A DNA stretch of 64,000 bases from an uncultured Chloroflexia bacterium. Its GTDB lineage: Bacteria > Chloroflexota > Limnocylindria > Limnocylindrales > CSP1-4. Positions 61,452 through 64,000 of this stretch are shown piece by piece. Within the stretch, counting starts at the first letter, position 1, and each line of letters opens with the position of its first letter. The notes under the pieces were generated by a model. It worked only from the letters and a program-made list of their open reading frames with translations, searched no databases and had not been told where the DNA came from. Where the stretch lies: assembly GCA_963746845.1 (NCBI GenBank), contig CAVVCZ010000002.1:160001-224000 (forward strand), written 5' to 3'. The position numbers were made by a program, and so were the translations under genes.

Positions 61452-62809
61452 CGATGCCGGCGATGCCGCTGGACGGGACTCCATCCCGCCTCGCGGCCGC
61501 CGCCGACGACCCGCCGGCCGGCGTCCGCGTCGTCCTCGACGCCCGCCCGATCCAGGAGCCCGAGCGGTCGCCGCTCACCGCGGCGTACCTGCGGGGCCTG
61601 CTCGGGGCATTCGATGCGGCGCCGCTCGTCGGGGAATCGTTCGCGCTCCTCCTCCGGTCCGACCTCGACGACCCGACGGTCGCGTACCCGGATCTCGATG
61701 TCGTCGGTCGGCGCCTGCTGCCACCCACCCACCTCCTCCGCTCGGCGGCGCTGACGATCGACCCGCTCGTCCTGAGCGGGGCCAGCATCGGCGCCGCGTG
61801 GCGCGCGTCGGCGGGCGGCGCGGCCGGTGCGGTGTACCACGCTGTCGGGGCGTCGGTGCCACTGCTGACGGGCCTGCCCCTCGTCGTGACCCTCCTCGAC
61901 CTGGCGCCGTGGGAGCTCGCCGGCTCCTACCAGCGGACACCCACCACCCGGTTCGGCCAGCGGCTCCGGGGCCGGCTGCTCCGCGAGGCGGCCGCCGTGA
62001 TCGTCGGCAGTGAGGCCGCCGCGACGGCCGCCCGGCGCCTGCTTCACGTCCGCCGCGACCGGATCCGGGTCATCCCGTTCGCGCCGCGCCCGGCGTTCAC
62101 GTTCTGGCCCGGACCCGGGGCCGGGACCACCGGGCCCGGCACGGGCAAGCCGAACGCGTCGACGAAGGTCGTCGCCGCGGGGCGTCCCCGGGCCGACACC
62201 CGCGCCGAGCGGGAGCGGCTCGGCTTGCCCGAGCGGTACTTCGTCTATTCCGGCCGCTACGACGCCCGCCAGGACCTCGCGACGCTCCTCCGGGCGCTCG
62301 AGCTGCTCGGGCGGCTCGGCCGGCCCGCGGAGCTGCCCGAGGCGGTCTCGTGGCCGCCGCGTGTCCTCCTGCTCGACGCCTCGCCCGGCGATCGTGCCTC
62401 CCTGGCACGGGCTGCCGGCCGGGTCGACGTCGGCGAGACCCTGGCCTACGCCCCGCGGCTGTCGGACGATCGCGTCGCGGCGCTCGTGCGCGGCGCGCGG
62501 GCGGCGCTGTTGCCGGCGGTGTCCGATGCGATGGGCCTTCCGGCGATCGAGGCGATCGCCTGCGGGACGCCCGTCGTCGCGTCGGCGGTCGGCTCGCTGC
62601 CCGAGATCGTCGGCACCGCGGGGATCCTCGTCGAGCCACGCAACCCCGAGCGGCTCGCCTCGGCGCTCGCCACGGTCTGGGCCGACGAGCGTGTCCACGA
62701 CGGGCTGGCGGGCGTGGCTCGTGACCGGGCGGAGGCGAACGCCTGGACGCCGGCCGACGTCGCGCTCGCGACGCGCCGGGTCTACGCGGAGGCGGCCGCG
62801 CGCCGCTGA
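61448..62809 (+). CDS. Glycosyltransferase family 4-like protein
   Basis: MGLPAIEAIACGTPVVAS..GSLPEIVG; the usual EGFG is replaced by DAMG. Confidence 0.85.
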   Translation: MTMPAMPLDGTPSRLAAAADDPPAGVRVVLDARPIQEPERSPLTAAYLRGLLGAFDAAPLVGESFALLLRSDLDDPTVAYPDLDVVGRRLLPPTHLLRSAALTIDPLVLSGASIGAAWRASAGGAAGAVYHAVGASVPLLTGLPLVVTLLDLAPWELAGSYQRTPTTRFGQRLRGRLLREAAAVIVGSEAAATAARRLLHVRRDRIRVIPFAPRPAFTFWPGPGAGTTGPGTGKPNASTKVVAAGRPRADTRAERERLGLPERYFVYSGRYDARQDLATLLRALELLGRLGRPAELPEAVSWPPRVLLLDASPGDRASLARAAGRVDVGETLAYAPRLSDDRVAALVRGARAALLPAVSDAMGLPAIEAIACGTPVVASAVGSLPEIVGTAGILVEPRNPERLASALATVWADERVHDGLAGVARDRAEANAWTPADVALATRRVYAEAAARR

Positions 62810-62816
62810 GCCGAGG

Positions 62817-64000
62817 TCAGGACGGGCTCGGGCTCGGGCTCGGGCTCGCGCCGGGTGCCGACGGGCTCGGCGCCGGAGTGGCCGGCGCCGGCTTGCCGGC
62901 GGTGAACGTCAGCTTCGAGCCGTACGGCATCACCTGGACGAAGGTCTGGCCGACCGTGAGCGTGACCGGTTTGCCCTTCTTGTCGAAGAACCGGGTCGGC
63001 GACGTCAGGGCGGTCTTCTTCCAGGTGCCCTGGATCGTCTTGCCGTTCGTCGCGATCCAGGCCGGTCCGGAGCCGACGACGGTCGCCTCGAGACGGTGCT
63101 TCTTCGACCCGTCGTTGAGCGGTCCGAAGTGCATCAGCATGACGATGACGTTCTTCGGCGCGACCCGCTGCTTCGTCGAGGCGTCGATCTGCTTCTTCTC
63201 GCTCGTGTTCGAGCGGAGGTAGGTGTTCGTCGTGCGGTCGTAGTCGTACCGGATCCTGTTGGCCGAGTAGTTGACGAGGATCTGGCCACCGACCGGGCGC
63301 TGGTCCAGCGGCGCGTCCGGGGCGAAGGTCCACGGCCACTTGATCGTGCCGTCCTTGGCGCCGACCGACGAGACGAGCCGGCGGAGCTGCTTGCCGGTCG
63401 TGTACAGGTTGTGCGGCGCGAAGCGGGTCTTGATCCGGCGGAACGAGCCGCCCCAGCGGAACTCGTCGGTGTTGTAGACGAGCTGGCCGTTGCCCTTCGC
63501 ACGGAGCGTCGCGAGAGCCTGCGGCGAGCCGCCGGCGTGGGTGTACACCGCACGGAGCTCGGCCGCCCACGCGATGAAGTAGTAGCGCGAGCTGCGGACG
63601 GGCCCGACGTCGGTCGGGATGTTCTCCTGGAAGACCATCATGTAGCGCGGGATGCCGCCCTCGGCGGGCGCCTGCCAGACGATCGACGCGGCGCTGAACC
63701 CCGATTGCGGGCGGGCCGGCGAGAGGTCGTCGATCATCACGGCGATCGGGTGACGGGTCGCCGCCGCGGGCGTCACGAGGCGGCCGGTCAGGGGCGCCGG
63801 CACGAGGACGGGCGTCGGGGCGGGTGTCGGCGACGGCGAGAGGGTCGGCGACGGGCTGGACGGCTCCCCCGACGCACTCGCGCTCGGGCTCTCCTCGGGG
63901 GCCGCGGACGGCGGCGTGCTTCCGAGGCCGGCGATCAGCCCCGATCCGGTCGGGGCGGACGAGGACGGCCCCGACAGGACGCCGGCGAATGCGCCGAACG
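62817..64000 (-). CDS. DUF3048/YerB-like exported protein (5' end beyond window)
   Basis: PIAVMIDD..ARPQSGF, EGGIPR, VGPVRSSR, APHNLY. Confidence 0.88.
   Translation of the reverse strand, partial: FGAFAGVLSGPSSSAPTGSGLIAGLGSTPPSAAPEESPSASASGEPSSPSPTLSPSPTPAPTPVLVPAPLTGRLVTPAAATRHPIAVMIDDLSPARPQSGFSAASIVWQAPAEGGIPRYMMVFQENIPTDVGPVRSSRYYFIAWAAELRAVYTHAGGSPQALATLRAKGNGQLVYNTDEFRWGGSFRRIKTRFAPHNLYTTGKQLRRLVSSVGAKDGTIKWPWTFAPDAPLDQRPVGGQILVNYSANRIRYDYDRTTNTYLRSNTSEKKQIDASTKQRVAPKNVIVMLMHFGPLNDGSKKHRLEATVVGSGPAWIATNGKTIQGTWKKTALTSPTRFFDKKGKPVTLTVGQTFVQVMPYGSKLTFTAGKPAPATPAPSPSAPGASPSPSPSPS

Overview
High-GC bacterial chromosomal window of about 55 genes. Gene content (pdxS-pdxT, a Ycf45-like R3H ATPase, tldD/tldE, tmk, a DarA c-di-AMP receptor, GuaB3, guaA, UPF0182, radC-mreB-mreC, rmlABDC and FlgD-Ig surface proteins) suggests a high-GC Chloroflexota or related Terrabacteria lineage; this is inference. 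I saw no rRNA, tRNA, CRISPR array or transposase. The most notable signal lies at 27.4-35.8 kb. A large AAA-ATPase/LuxR (LAL/STAND) regulator sits among six promoter-like regions that share one geometry: an upstream box, then CG[A/G]TG, exactly 21 nt, then a -10 hexamer. These precede small proteins or apparently non-coding transcripts. The transcripts carry an A-rich 11-nt motif ACAAC[T/C]GAA[G/T]A (an identical 34-bp triple repeat occurs twice) and hairpins with anti-Shine-Dalgarno UCCUCC loops. Other highlights are an ECF sigma / beta-propeller anti-sigma / paralogous lipoprotein module with a duplicated ECF promoter, three intergenic palindromic elements, a secreted protein with a clan-CD-like His/Cys dyad, many leaderless-type promoters, and a compensated double frameshift in tldD. 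All calls come from reading the sequence by eye; no database searches were run.
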